A DNA stretch of 64,000 bases from Ostrea edulis (Eukaryota), in assembly GCF_947568905.1 (NCBI RefSeq), contig NC_079165.1:47988001-48052000 (forward strand), read 5' to 3'. This document shows positions 51,225 through 64,000 of the stretch, one piece after another (the first letter of the stretch is position 1; every line of letters starts with the position of its first letter). The notes beneath the pieces were generated by a model that had not been told where the DNA came from, searched no databases, and saw only the letters and a list, made by a program, of their open reading frames with translations. The position numbers were made by a program, and so were the translations under genes.

Positions 51225-53641
51225 TGTAGCTCACCTGAGTCAAAGGTTCACGTGAGCTTTTTTGATCAAAATTTGTCGTTGTCTGTTGGCGTTGTAAACT
51301 TTTCAGAATTTCATCTTCTTTTCCAGAAACATTGGACCAATTTCAACTAAACCTGGCATAGGGTATCATTGGGTGAAGGGGATTCAATTTTTTCCAAAGA
51401 AAGAATAATTTCCCCTTCCAAGGTGAGATAATCAAGAAAAAGCCAAAAAAATAGGGTGGATCATATTATGATCTTCTCAAGAACCTCTGGGCAAGGAAAT
51501 ACGAAACTTATATGAAAACTTCCTGACATAATGAAGATTTAAGTTTGTCCAAATCATGGCCCAAGGGGTAGGGTGGGGCTACAATAAGGAAATCACGTTT
51601 TAAATGGATATCTAGGGAAAATATTAAACACCTTCTCAAGAACAGCACGAGCATGATTAGTCATTTATATGCAATCATCTTCATGTAGTACAGATTCAAG
51701 TTTGTTCAAAACATGGTCATCGGAGGTAGGGCTACAATAGGGGAACAAAGTTTTATTCGGGAATATATCCGGGAGAAGCTAATAAAATCAGTTTTATTGG
51801 GGAATATATCGGGGAGAAGCTAACAGGGCCATGATCTTATTATACAACAGGAAGTGCAGATTCAGATTTGGTCAACTAATGGCCCCTGGGGGAAGGATAG
51901 GGCCACAATAGGGAATCAAAGTTTTACATGGAAATGTTTTAAATCGTCTTTTCAAGAACAGCAGGACCATGTTTTATCATATTTATATGCAAGGAGCCTT
52001 AGATTAAAGTCCGTAGATCATATTTATATGAAGGAGCCTTAGGTACTGTAGATTAAAGTCCGTAGATCAAAATTATTAAATGATAATATATATCGGAGAA
52101 AATCTTTATAAATCTTATTCTAAAGAGCAGTAGGACGAGGATTAGTCGTATCAATATGCTAGCATATTCAGGTAGTGCAGATTCAAGTTTGATCAAATCA
52201 ATGCCCCAGTGGTAGGGTTGAGCCACACTACGGATTCAAAGTTTCATATGGAAATATATGGGGGGGGGGTTGAAAATCTCAAGAACAACAGGATGATTTT
52301 TGTTAACACCATGGTTCCGGAAGGTAGGTTGCACCACAATAGTGATTAATATTTTACATGGGAATATTTATATAAAAATTCTGTACAAATATTCTCTCTA
52401 AAACCACTGGCTATCATTATTCATTTTGATATGCAAGCATTCCAATGCACATGTAGTGCAAATTCATATTTGATCAAATCATTGTCGCTGAGACTAGAGT
52501 GGAACTAAGATATTGAGTGTATATATAAATATATAGATATAGGAAAGGAATCCCCCAACTTCAGCTGTGACGTACGGCCTCCGATGATTTTTTAGTAAAA
52601 TATCAGAGTTTGAATTTTGCGATTTACAATGCCCCAAGATGTTAATTAATACCCTAACTTGGAAGTTTGGCATTTTATTTTACTGAAGAGTTCGTTAACA
52701 TTAAAAGCTATGCCGTCTTTTGAAATCGGGTTTTTCTGTTTTTGTTAAATCTCTAGTGATGTTCATCGAATGACCTGTTTTTAAAGTCGTTGTTTATATC
52801 GAGCACAAGATTGTCCGGATTTCTCTTTTCTGTTATAAGTCTAATTTGTAATAAAGAAAATTATATCCAAAAGGCAAGACTAAACAATCTTGTGCTGGTG
52901 ATGAAATTCATAAAAATTAATAAAATGAAAATCTGCAAAAACTATACGTTTTATTTTTACCTCATTTACCTGCATTGACCTCGGGTAGTAATTCTGTAGT
53001 TTTCAGACTAAGGGTGACCACATAAAACTTAGTTTTCTACCATTATATTCCAACATTCTAGGGGGAAAGGGCTGTGCACTTACTGGAGATACATCAGTGA
53101 TTAATATTTACCAAAAAGTATACATGTATAATAGATCAATCAAATTTTCTTTGAAAAGCGGGATGGTAAAAAGGGACCACATGCTATAGCTAAAGTGGGG
53201 AGGTCCAAAGTTTAAAACATTCTTTTCAATAGTCGCTTGACCACACTAAATCATATCAATATGCAAACATCCCAAAAAGTTTTGTTGTTGTTGGGTTTTT
53301 TTCATTTTGATTACGGCCCTGGGTTTAAGAGTGAGATAGAATTGGGGATCAAATTTTACACAGTATATAAGTTTACAGTATACTGCAGCCAAAAACTTTT
53401 TAAAGTCATCCTCTTCAGAACACAAAAGCAAGGCCATGTTATGTGTAGTAAAATTGTTATAGATGTATTCCTATGTTGTGTGAATTCAAATTCGGTTACG
53501 TTATGACCTTGTGGAGCTAGAGTGGGGTCAAAATGTGGAATCTCACTTTTTGTGAGAATAAAAAGGGGTAAAAGATCTTTTAATGAAGAACAGTCGGGTC
53601 AATGTGACTCAGCTGAGCATTGTGGCCCATGGACCTCATTG
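51225..53641 (+). mobile_element. Long HINE-type element with diverged satellite units and an internal insertion
   Basis: 5' TAGCTCACCTGAG, TCAAGAAC units every 160-170 bp or so, 3' CAGCTGAGCATTGTGGCCCATGGACCTC; unrelated sequence at about 52510-53140. Confidence 0.7.
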
Positions 53642-54153
53642 TAAGGTTATATGCGAAAGACACGTGGTTTTCACTTCGAATGTCGAGGTCTTGCCGAAAG
53701 AACAGTCACCGTATGTCAAACATTTTCCGATAGAGTATACTCGACTAGTTTCTTATATATAGTTTATATTTTCGAAGACTTAAACATTCCCAGCATAAAC
53801 TTTGAGTTGGGTGTTTAATTATTCTTTTGTATTTCATTTCTTCACTCACCACCAGTTGTACATTTGATAGGACTTGTAGATATACCTAGCTGCAGATCTG
53901 TAGAAATATTGGGATAAACCAGAGAGCTACAGATCCCTCCAATGTAAAAACCTTCCATTTACAACTTGACATTTTCTATACACGATTTAAGTTTTATATA
54001 CAGTAATGTATATATAGTTTTACTAAACCTTTTTATATTAAAAAAAAAACTAGCATATTTTCCAATGCATACGAGTATGACTAAGTGATACCTTCAAACA
54101 TTTAATTTAGCCCCAATCAAATTAAAAACTCCATCAAAACTTGCATGTTTACG

Positions 54154-54449
54154 AATTAACAATAATAAATTTCATTCACATGTCATTTTGATCATATCCC
54201 AGTGAACTCGAAATTTAAAAAAAAAAACTCCGTAGACTCTTCCACATCTGCTTCATACATAGATTGATATTAACGGCAAACTAACAACTCAACTTTATGA
54301 CAAACGGGATGACTTCGGCGGGTGTGACCAGTCGACAGGAGATGCATACTCCTCCTAGCACCTGATCCCACCTCTGGTGTGTTCGGGGATCCGTGTTTGC
54401 CCTACTCTTAATTTTGTATTCTTTGTAGGAGTTATGAGATTGATCACCC
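54154..54449 (+). mobile_element. Internally deleted Penelope-like fragment
   Basis: ...CAACTTTATGACAAACGGGATGACTTC fused directly to the 3' UTR GGCGGGTGTGACC...CCTGATCCCACCTCTGG. Confidence 0.75.
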
Positions 54450-56334
54450 TTTCGCGTATCCATGTTAAGTTGAGAATTCAATTCGAACCCATTGATTAAT
54501 GTATTTATTCTATTTCCAATACCACCGTTTTCGGTAAAGCAAATGATTGATATAAATCTCCTCTAGACGTTAAATAAACTTTGGACTATTGAAAAGTATT
54601 TCTAACTCTTATAAGAGTCGTAAATCAATTACAATATCAAAACCTATTTAAGGTGGGTCCTTAGTCCTGGATTTTTGGGGTTTAGGTAGCATTTTTTTTT
54701 TTTTTGGAATCATTAAATTAACATTCAGAGTAATGAAAAAAGGCAAAACAGTTAAGGATTTCCATATTAATTTTCATTACATACACCACTAAAGTCATGT
54801 ACCCCCAATGTAGGTTTTTATGAAATTCATTGGAAACAGTTATTTGTTGTTTATTTTAATATAAAAACAACAAAATATTTTTTGAATTGCATTTATTTAT
54901 CGGGAAACATGTCAATAACTAAAACACATGTCATATTCGATATGTTCATTAAGTTTTAGAATAATATGTGCAAAATTATTGAATTAGCGTTATTCTCCAA
55001 AATGTTAAAAAACAAACAAATGCGGACACATTTTCCTTACAGCATGGTTTACATATCATTTTTCATTTTTTCTGTTTATATTAGTAGAGTTACATCTGTT
55101 ATAGTTATTTATGGGGGGAAATCCATACCTTTCCTCAATAATTTCAAATCTATAGCTTCCAGATTATGTATACCCCATAAAAAAACTGAAGTCTGGCACC
55201 ATACAGCTGAGCTATTTAAAATCACTCGAGATTAAATTTTATGTAATTTCATGAAAAGACACAGATAATGATTCCTTATCATCTTGGTAAAATGTTTGTC
55301 AAAAATAAAGGAAATCTATCGCATTATGAACTTGATAAATAATTTAATGAAAACAGAGTTATTGTCCTTGGATTCAATATTTTGAAACATGTCATTGACT
55401 ATTCAAATATAACTAAGACTTTTGAAATATTTTATGGCTAACAAGATTTTTACAATAACTATTGAAAAAGATTCCAACAAAATTTATGTTCCTGTCATTA
55501 AATCATTGACTTTGCAAAATCCTATGACGTCACAGGAGTGTGGAACTACGTTTAAACAAGTTTTATTTTACCAAATTAAAATTATTTCATCCAAAACATT
55601 TCACTGAAAAATATTTGTGTGAAAATAAAAATCATAGACAGTGTTGTTTGTAAATGAAGAGAGAAAGTACTGAAACATATGAATAATTATGTAAATCAGC
55701 GGGGTTCGAATTCACCAGCAACCTCTCTACGTAAAGAAGCGAACTTTATTGAAGCTGTGGGTTTTCATTTCAAATAGGGTTTTAATAAATGTTTGAAGAT
55801 ACACCTAAATACAATTATGGTGGGAAAATATGTTAGGAATTGTTTTTAAACTTTGAGACGGCAATATAAACTACAAATACCTCAATTATGCGCAGAATAA
55901 ATCGATCTGTAGCTCCCTTGTCTACATGTATTTTAATTTTTCCCCAGAGAGCTACAGTTTTGTAACTACAATATCATTTAATTTTACATGTTAAACGCTT
56001 TTTCATTGGTTGAAAAATTATTGGAATATCGTATCCAACGAAAAAAAAAATAAATCGCCGGAACTACTTTCAATTGGAATGTTGGGGGCTCCTCTGGATA
56101 CTTCGTATTTATAAATAGATTAGTGAATCCTGAAAAGAAAAAATTAACAATTCTATCGATCTATATAAATTTCTTAAAGAAAAACAAACAAATATCAAAA
56201 ATAAATAATGATTAATTATGCAAATTGAATAAACATGGCTATTTGAGGACACCTCCCCCCACCCCACCCCACCCCACCCCACCCCACCCCAAATATAACA
56301 ACACACGTCTCCTTCTGCAATTCCGGGATGAGAG

Positions 56335-56800
56335 TTAAATGTATTCAACCGGGGATGACAATAGTCCAGTTTGCACCTTGCGACAACTTCCTTCATGTCA
56401 CGAACCCAAATACCAGATACACCGCACACTGCCTCAGAGATACTGCAATATCGTAGCCCTTAACGACTATGGTTTCAAACTCCGACATAAGATATTTATG
56501 AGTGGGCACCGAAACGAGGCTTCCGTACGACGTTACAACAGCCGTCACGGAATTCACTGATAAAACTCGAAAAACCCTCTGTAACACTCACTTGTCCACC
56601 TGGAAGACGTGACAACCCTCAAGAGAACCCTACCTCGCATCCCACATCTTGATTATGTACGTGTCCCACGCTTCCCGTTAGTACCAACATCTAACTTTGC
56701 ACTGAATTCCAGTTCCACTGAACAAAATTCCTGCAATTTTCTCTCAACAGGACTTATCTCTAACTTATCCTATTAAAACTGCATTCTTCAGTCCACAAGA
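56335..56800 (+). pseudogene. Crypton-like tyrosine recombinase C-terminal remnant
   Basis: YTAHCLRDTAI (from 56418), one frameshift, then ALNDYGFKLRHKIFMSGHRNEASVRRY (Tyr codon 56534-56536): the HxxR / GH / Y catalytic signature of Crypton-type recombinases. Confidence 0.75.
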
Positions 56801-57016
56801 AACCCGTTTGCTCAACAGTAAACAACAGTTCGTGGATGTCGCCATTAACGGATTTAGTTTTTTTTTTTAAAGTTGTGTAATCACATATTACTACGCCCAT
56901 CTCGAAATGACATAGAATGTAGACCAAAAATAACTCGTTAATTCAACACAAATCAAATAATGTTTTATCATGTAAACTCAATCTTTTAGAATATTAAATG
57001 ATGAGGAATAAATTCA

Positions 57017-57128
57017 TTGGATGGAGGTATACCACGAAAAAAAAAGAAAGACGGTAAACTTTTGCATCATGCACTACGCGCAATGATGCAGTTTTCCGTC
57101 TTTCTTTTTGTGGAATACCTCCATCCAA
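57017..57128. repeat. Palindromic hairpin element, about 112 bp
   Basis: TTGGATGGAGGTAT.CCAC..AAAAGAAAGACGG.AAAC..TGCATCAT / ATGATGCA GTTTTCCGTCTTTCTTTT GTGGAATACCTCCATCCAA. Confidence 0.85.
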
Positions 57129-58662
57129 CGAAAAAATAATAAATTCAATTCTTAAATATCTTTCCTCTCAAAACAACTTGATACATGATATGTATTGACG
57201 AGAATTAAGCGAGAAATCGCAAATGATAACAAAAAGATTTGTTTGTACTATTACAGATACCAATAGTCTTGAAAATGCTGTTTGGACCTTGTACAGCAAA
57301 CACGTGGACTTAACATAATTATACAGCACTAATGGTTGAGTACGACACAGTATGAACATACATAACAGTGTCGATTAGTCCTAAATAAATACAAAAGATG
57401 AAGTTGTTTGTTTGTTTTGATTTCATGAAATAGAGACCATTCTCTAATAGAAGCGATTGTGTCCTTAAGTATTAAAACACCCGTATATATGATGTATAGG
57501 TCTAATTTAAGAAATAAATTCAATTTCTGAAAATACATTAGGGTATGAACTGCGACACTTGATATCATGAATCAACAATGCGTTTTATAGTATGCTGGCG
57601 TGAAGCGTTGCTGTTCATACTCTCATGTATTTACATTCTACGTCTAATTTTGTAAGATATCAAAGGTGAAAACATTCGATTGGAAATGTGAATAATTTAA
57701 GCTTACTTGTTACACGCAATTTGATTGGTTCATTTCACTTTATCAACATTCTTTATATCATATATAAACAAAATTGCCCTTTAGTCCCGCTATATGACGT
57801 TAAAAGAATGACGTCACAATACGTTTGGCCGTTCAGTTTCCATTTTGTTGCTACGGCGATATTGGTCCGCGTCATATAAAATTGATATTTTCTTTAGAAT
57901 TATCCATCAAATAATATCAAACGCGGTTTACTAAATCAAATTATAAAGATTGAAAGTAATTTATACGATATAAAGTAAGTTTTGACAGTGTATACAATTT
58001 TATAAACCGCTTCGCAATTTAGGCCTACAATTATGCGTTAACTGCCCCAACTTACTTTATATCGTATAAAACAAATGAAAATTACTTTCATTCCTTAAAT
58101 ATATTAGACATGAATACTGAATACTCAATGACGTAAATGAATATAGTATGTTTTACGGCGTGACCGTGTTTGAGGGCGAAGCAAAAAAGTTTTGACATTA
58201 GTATCTATATCCAAAACAGGACAAAAACAACCCGAAGTTAGCACGCGGACGGAGCTGTATCAAAGCATCCTAATTTTTGGACATTTGATCCACCTATATA
58301 TTGAACGCGGGAAATATAACGCAATTGATGTAAACAGTATATTGTGACGTCATATTCAGCGTCGTTATTTAGCAAATTTACAAAAAAAGCGTTTGAACCA
58401 CAACAAAAAACATGGCGTTAATCGTGGAGTGATTATATATGATTAAGAAAATAAGATTTACATGCTTTTACGGAATTTATGTGTAACATCTCAGAACGAC
58501 GTGAACTAGGGTAGACGAGATTCAAAATGGAGGAATACATGTCCACGCGCTAATATTCGAATCGACGCCATTGGTACCAAACTTTTCAAGTTCCATAGGT
58601 ATGGTTTAATTTTTCATTATTTTCCTATATTTTCCTTTTAAACATGTATATACGTGTTACCT

Positions 58663-58719
58663 ATAGGGAGAGCTCCGCTCTCACGGCCCTTCGGGCCGTG
58701 AGAGGGCTTCGCCCTCTAT
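58663..58719. repeat. GC-rich hairpin, probable element terminus
   Basis: Perfect 12-bp stem CTCTCACGGCCC-TTC-GGGCCGTGAGAG (58678-58704) inside a looser inverted repeat. Confidence 0.7.
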
Positions 58720-60407
58720 GATACGATTCCAGTGTTGAAAGCCAGTTTTGATTTGTCTTTTTATTATATCAAAACTAAATTTTATACATATACAATTTCT
58801 TATGGTGTGTGTGTGTGTTTAATTGTCAATGTGTCAGCTATTTCAATCTTATGATTATTCTTGTGACTTTTAAAACATTGGATTTCGGTCCGCTGTACAA
58901 TGCAAGATCTAACTATTATTTAGATAAGTAAATCAAATTATTAAGGTTTCTTAATTATCCTAAGGACTAAAGAATGTCATCTGGTATACTTTTCAAGACA
59001 GTTTTTAAAAGTTTGTGAAGTAAAAAGGCGGACCACGTACCTGTGTTTGCAGAATTTAAAGTGTAACGTATACGATGTACTAGATTCTGACCCTGTAGTG
59101 AGTAGAAATAGAATTACGAGTTATATGAATCGGCAAAAGTTACTAATGAAAGACTACATTCCAATCGTACTGGTGATACATGTAATGCGGTCACCCTGAA
59201 TTTAAAAATTGAGTTTCTGATTAATACTGATATTAAGAAATAGGCCTAGATGTTTTAAAAATACATTTAGTTTTTCATTGATGCTGTGAAATCATTCAAA
59301 ATGATGCGGCAATGTTTATGGATTTCTAATTACAGCGTATATACATGATATAACATACAGTTATTTAATGTTTATTCATGTTTACAAACTTTCGGTGATT
59401 ATATGACTGGACGAAGAGTCACTAGGGAAATAATCGTTTCCATTTCGATAAGATGATACATATGCTATCATTTCCGATGATAGCACAAATATTAAACTTC
59501 ATTCTATCCCCCCTCTCTCTATCTATCTCTTTTACAGCAACATCAGTTAAAGAGAAAAATTAAGTGTCCATAACGATGCATTTGAGCGCCTATATTTACT
59601 ATTTCTTTGATAACTACAGGAAACTAATAAATTATTGACAAGGGAAAGGTAATGATTGGTGTTTTTTTTTTCTCACTCTGAAGTATGAAATCGACTGTTT
59701 GATTATATAAAAAGTTCTTAGGTTGTTTTGCACAATAATAACTACACATTTACTCCAAGTTCGAGTGTGAAAAAAATGTGTTTTTCTTTATCTATTTTTA
59801 AAAGTGAGATTCTCAAAGAAGGCCCATCAGAAGATGGGGATAACTTCTTGTTATTTTCATGTCGTTTCTTTCATCTACTTCTTATGTTTACTTTGGAAGA
59901 ATATATAACAATTAGGCGGCTGGTAACCTCTTATATCAAATAGCAACAGTTCCCTTCTGATGTGTTATAAGAACAAGAGAGGTAATCTGTTTGAACCGAT
60001 TTTATCGAAACACTAGTTATCTCTCTTGATCTCGTATGGTTGCATTCTAAACTCGTGACGTCAATCAATGTTAAACACTGAATATTTTAAATAATATATG
60101 ATAGATAGATAGATAAATAGATTTTATTTCAAAGATGAAGAAAGAAGATTAAAACAAAACGAATATTAGTCCATGGTTAAATGCCGAGGAATGTACATGA
60201 CTAACATACTGTATAGTGCGGTGCTGGTGTCCTCAAACTCCCGTCCATTTTACATATTGTGGACTGCATGCACACATTCAGAACTATAATGCATTTTCTG
60301 GTTTTCCAGTGGTAAGTGAGAAGTAACGGTATATTAGATATAACTCTATCATAGTACTCATTTATTTCTTTATTTCACCAAACATGTTGACATAACACCA
60401 CATGAAG

Positions 60408-60460
<53 letters not shown>

Positions 60461-60488
60461 TAAATATCCACACCAGTAATAGTATAAC

Positions 60489-60611
60489 AAAGAAATATTA
60501 GAACGCCGAAAATTACTCAACCGGTTTCATTTTCAATCTTCATGAGTTATGACATAACTCTTGATGATTGAAAATGAAACCAGTTGAGCTATTTTCGGCG
60601 TTCTAATTTTT

Positions 60612-60615
<4 letters not shown>
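60489..60615. mobile_element. Palindromic element between (TA)n tracts
   Basis: 63-bp arms, 1-nt loop, 6 mismatches. Confidence 0.8.
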
Positions 60616-60648
<33 letters not shown>

Positions 60649-60654
60649 TATAGA

Positions 60655-60870
60655 TAATAGTTACTTTTTGCAATGATCGGTAAAAGTATAGGTAAAAAAT
60701 AAAAATGAAACACGAAGACGTTTAGTAAAGCTTTAGCGCTTTCATTTCAAATCTTCAGAAGAAGAACATATATCGCTATGTTACTAAATGTAAAGCTTCT
60801 GAAGATTTGAAATGAAAGCGCTAAAGCTTTACTAAACGTCTTCGTGTTTCATTTTTATTTTTTACCTATA
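60655..60870. mobile_element. Fold-back element in (TA)n, same family as 1965-2537
   Basis: Perfect 75-bp inverted arms (60687-60761, 60796-60870), 34-bp centre, and the same asymmetric leader (TTACTTTT.GCAATGATCGGTAAAAG) as the copy at 1965. Confidence 0.85.
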
Positions 60871-60966
60871 TATATATATATTTTTTTTTTATATATATAG
60901 TGTTTAGAGTTTTATATATATATATACACATTCAATAAATTCTTTTTTCTTGGTATCGGGGTAGAA

Positions 60967-61084
60967 TAAAGTCAAAAAATAAAATCCAATACTCAAACTT
61001 TTATCTATAGCGCTTTCGACGAGCCCGCAGGGCGAAAGCGCTATAGATAAAAGTTTGAGTATTGGATTTTATTTTTTGACTTTA
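60967..61084. mobile_element. Palindromic element followed by (TA)n
   Basis: Perfect 52-bp arms; 14-nt loop ACGAGCCCGCAGGG. Confidence 0.85.
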
Positions 61085-61087
61085 TAT

Positions 61088-61127
<40 letters not shown>

Positions 61128-61692
61128 CATGTTGTGTTAGCAAGTAGATCATGGTACACTTACAAATAGATGAAGATTGAAACATGTATGCATATATTTA
61201 CATCAAAATGACACTTTAGCATAGACAATCATATGTACTATGATATTATCGACTACCGTACTGTACACTTATACTCTGCCTCTAGAAAACAAAATTCTGT
61301 TAAGTTGATCAAATTACCAAGTAAAAACGTGTAAAATGTATCACTACAGTTCTGAAAATAACACAACTCATGTCACATGACAGGCAGATGAATTTTTCAC
61401 TCCATATATCAGAACAAGTGTTCAATATTTTTAAAAGTTTGCTGAATAGTATCAGAAATGAGGGGAGAAAATTAATATCCTGATAGAATGAATTGTCATT
61501 TTGAAGAAATGATTTTGTATTTACATCTTCAGCAATTCTTACTTCACCAACGTTAACATCAAAATGCATAGAATATGAAATATGTACATATTTAAGTTCG
61601 TTTAGCATTTTGAATTTAGAATTAGTAATAGTTTCATACATGTACAAACAGCTTCGATGTCTGCCGTTACATATTTGGTCAATGGATTACAG

Positions 61693-62004
61693 CAGGGCCG
61701 TAAATTACATGGAGGCGGAGGAGGCAGCTGCCTCCTCCAACTTTTGAGCCAAAAAAAATTAAAATTTAAAGTTCATTAGAATTTATGTTGTTTCCAATAA
61801 CTAAGAACATGATACCTCCCTTAAAAAGCATTCCAAATCTTTCTTTTAGAATGAGTTAGTCAAGTAACATCTTAGAAGGCCCTAGAATCAAGGATTTTGC
61901 ACGAAACGTGTTCAGTGTGCACAAAATGTGCTCAGCGTCTGGGGGCCTGAGACCCCCGCCTAATTTCCTGCCTCCTCCAAATTGAAGGTTAATTTACGGC
62001 CCTG
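61693..62004. mobile_element. hAT-type MITE
   Basis: TIRs CAGGGCCGTAAATTA / TAATTTACGGCCCTG with an exact 8-bp TSD GATTACAG (61685-61692, 62005-62012). Confidence 0.9.
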
Positions 62005-64000
62005 GATTACAGAAAAATCAAAGAAAAACTATGACATGTGGACTCACACCTACTTATTTAGAGAGTGAGTAACGTAAAATAAATCTGCTGATACTAACAC
62101 CTAGACGATATCCTCTACAAAACCGACTACCTTTTTTAACAATGCGTTTGAAATATACAAGATGAACATAAGAGATATCGCATTCCGGTGTTTCTCATCC
62201 TATCTGAACGTCGAGTGAAATTTATCCAGCTCTTTCATCATGCATGGAATCTGATCGTACAAGACATGGTGTTCTAACTGTTTAGGAACATTGTTATACA
62301 TGTACGTATGTCGACGACGGAAAAGAGAGAACTATTACTCATGGACGAACACCTATATCTTACTTCTCCCTTTTTTTCTTTTCTTTTTTTTTTTCCTTGA
62401 AGAAATAGTATGCGCTTTGGCATCATGCTCCAAACTTTTGTTGTTGTTTTTAATGGATGACTTACATTTAGAATATGACTGCAAACCTCATGTCTGTACA
62501 ATACAGCCAGAATATTATTATCTTATTCGTATCGAAAATATAATAGACAATGAGGGCAAATCTAAAAGTGTATAAGACTTAATAATAATTGTATAAAATA
62601 TTTATCATCGTTCAAGCTTTACATTTATTTTTAAAAATCTACATGTAATTAATTTTAAAGATTGTAAGGTGACAGTTCTCGGCACCACGTACTTTTTTCT
62701 TTCAAAAATGTCAGTGTATATATATATATATATATATTGTGTGTGTAATGTTAACAGTACACCTTCGTTAACAGCAGTAAACCGCTCAGATTTCTTGTTA
62801 TGAATATTAACATAATTTAGATGACAATATCAGATATTTCAATGGAGAAATATATTACAGCTCCAATCTTTCTGACTTATTTTATGATGATTGGGGGGAG
62901 TACCTGATTTCAGTAGTGTACTCTCGATGATTGATGCCGTCAGACGTTTTGTAAGACACATTCCAGAGATACTGCCAAGATTCTTTGAATTTGTGTCTTT
63001 GGTAGCTGTGTGCATCTTGACATCTTTGCAATCGTTTGATCAGAAGCAACTGTACAGGGCAAAAGGCTACATACAAACCAGTTAGTCTATTATGACAGTC
63101 GCTCAATAGATAAACCTCATTCTTTATCACCTGACAATGGTCTTCTTTTTTTCCTTTAGTGCTTCTGATTTTTATTCTAGGACAGTGAAGTCATTTTGAA
63201 ATTACCTTATTGGTGGAGTATCTGAGTTTTGACTGAGATTTTGTCTATGAATATCATGACTTACCACAGAGCCAGTAAATGTTTGGTACTTATCACAAAA
63301 ATTCTTAGTTCTTCAGGCTATCCAACTGTCGACAAACACAAGATCCTCCATCTGTGTGAGCAGGCCTAAGTTAATTAATACCACCGGTTGATTTATTTTA
63401 TTACTAGTATCATAGAAAGGGAGACAAGATGCTACATGTAGATACATCTTGAAGCTTTCAATGATTATTGTAACTTTATTTCACTATAAATATATTGTCA
63501 GTTAGATCACAGAGAATGGGCACAAGAGTGTAGTCAAATATAGACTGTCTCTGTAAATGATAGACTTTAATTTTCGTTGCTGAAAATGGATTGCTTTCGT
63601 TAAAAACATCAAAATGACATTAGGTGATGTGAATTTTCACTTTATACCACTGTAATGTTAGATGGGTCTTTTTTAAATCTATACATAAAGATACAATAAA
63701 TTGATAGGATCCTTTCAAATTGTTTTCATAATACTGTACATTCAAGTCCCTTTATTTTAGGCATCCATGTCGAAGACTTCATATTTCCACCGCCGATCTA
63801 TTTATCATGGCAGTTCAGCAAACTAACCTGATGACATGAACGACTCCTCTTCCAGCACCACACAACCACTTCTGTTGTGTCCGAGCGACCTGCTCCTCGA
63901 CACGGATGGGACCGATATTTTACGTCTTCATCCGACAAACTTCTCCAAAGATCGAATATAAACACAATAAAACTATATTTGACACTCTAGCTAGTTACAT

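Noticed and set aside
55690-55730. GGTTCGAATTC B-box-like motif (a similar one at about 3100)
   Set aside because: No cloverleaf or matching A box; at most a SINE-head remnant, so no tRNA gene is called.
56255-56290. (CCCCA)n tract and the poly-G run at about 19160-19180 as G-quadruplex elements
   Set aside because: Simple repeats with no supporting functional context.
61309-61647. 112-aa minus-strand ORF with a faint LRR-cap-like ending (FICLSCDM)
   Set aside because: A single weak motif in AT-rich sequence; not enough to call.
63780-63990. GC-richer segment with a possible donor site, candidate exon of a neighbouring gene
   Set aside because: No frame gave a recognisable protein or Wnt motif, and it is at the window edge.

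Overview
AT-rich eukaryotic genomic DNA, most likely an ostreid bivalve (oyster); this is inferred from the repeat families, not proven. There are two intact protein-coding genes, both on the minus strand. One is a complete five-exon Wnt1 orthologue, join(complement 40723-40817, 38839-39095, 31983-32248, 27627-27777, 24344-24687), 370 aa, with all splice sites GT-AG and in phase. The other is an intronless 377-aa class A GPCR (49581-50714) whose canonical activation motifs are altered. The rest is mostly transposon-derived: a decayed Ty3/Gypsy element, an L2-type LINE inside a four-layer nest (SINE > MITE > LINE > Penelope-like fragment), six Penelope-like fragments, four Helentron-type (HINE) elements carrying satellite repeats, several MITEs, a Crypton-like tyrosine recombinase remnant, and palindromic elements sitting in (TA)n tracts. 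The strongest unusual signals are: (i) two tandem minimal type-I hammerhead ribozymes 347 nt apart (retrozyme-like, predicting a ~347-nt circular RNA), plus a solo hammerhead on the other strand; (ii) a fold-back element whose centre carries a near-identical, partly inverted copy of DNA lying a few hundred bp away; (iii) a 508-bp CAC-ended palindrome with a 5-bp TSD (Transib/RAG-like signature). No database searches were run; family assignments rest on recognised motifs.
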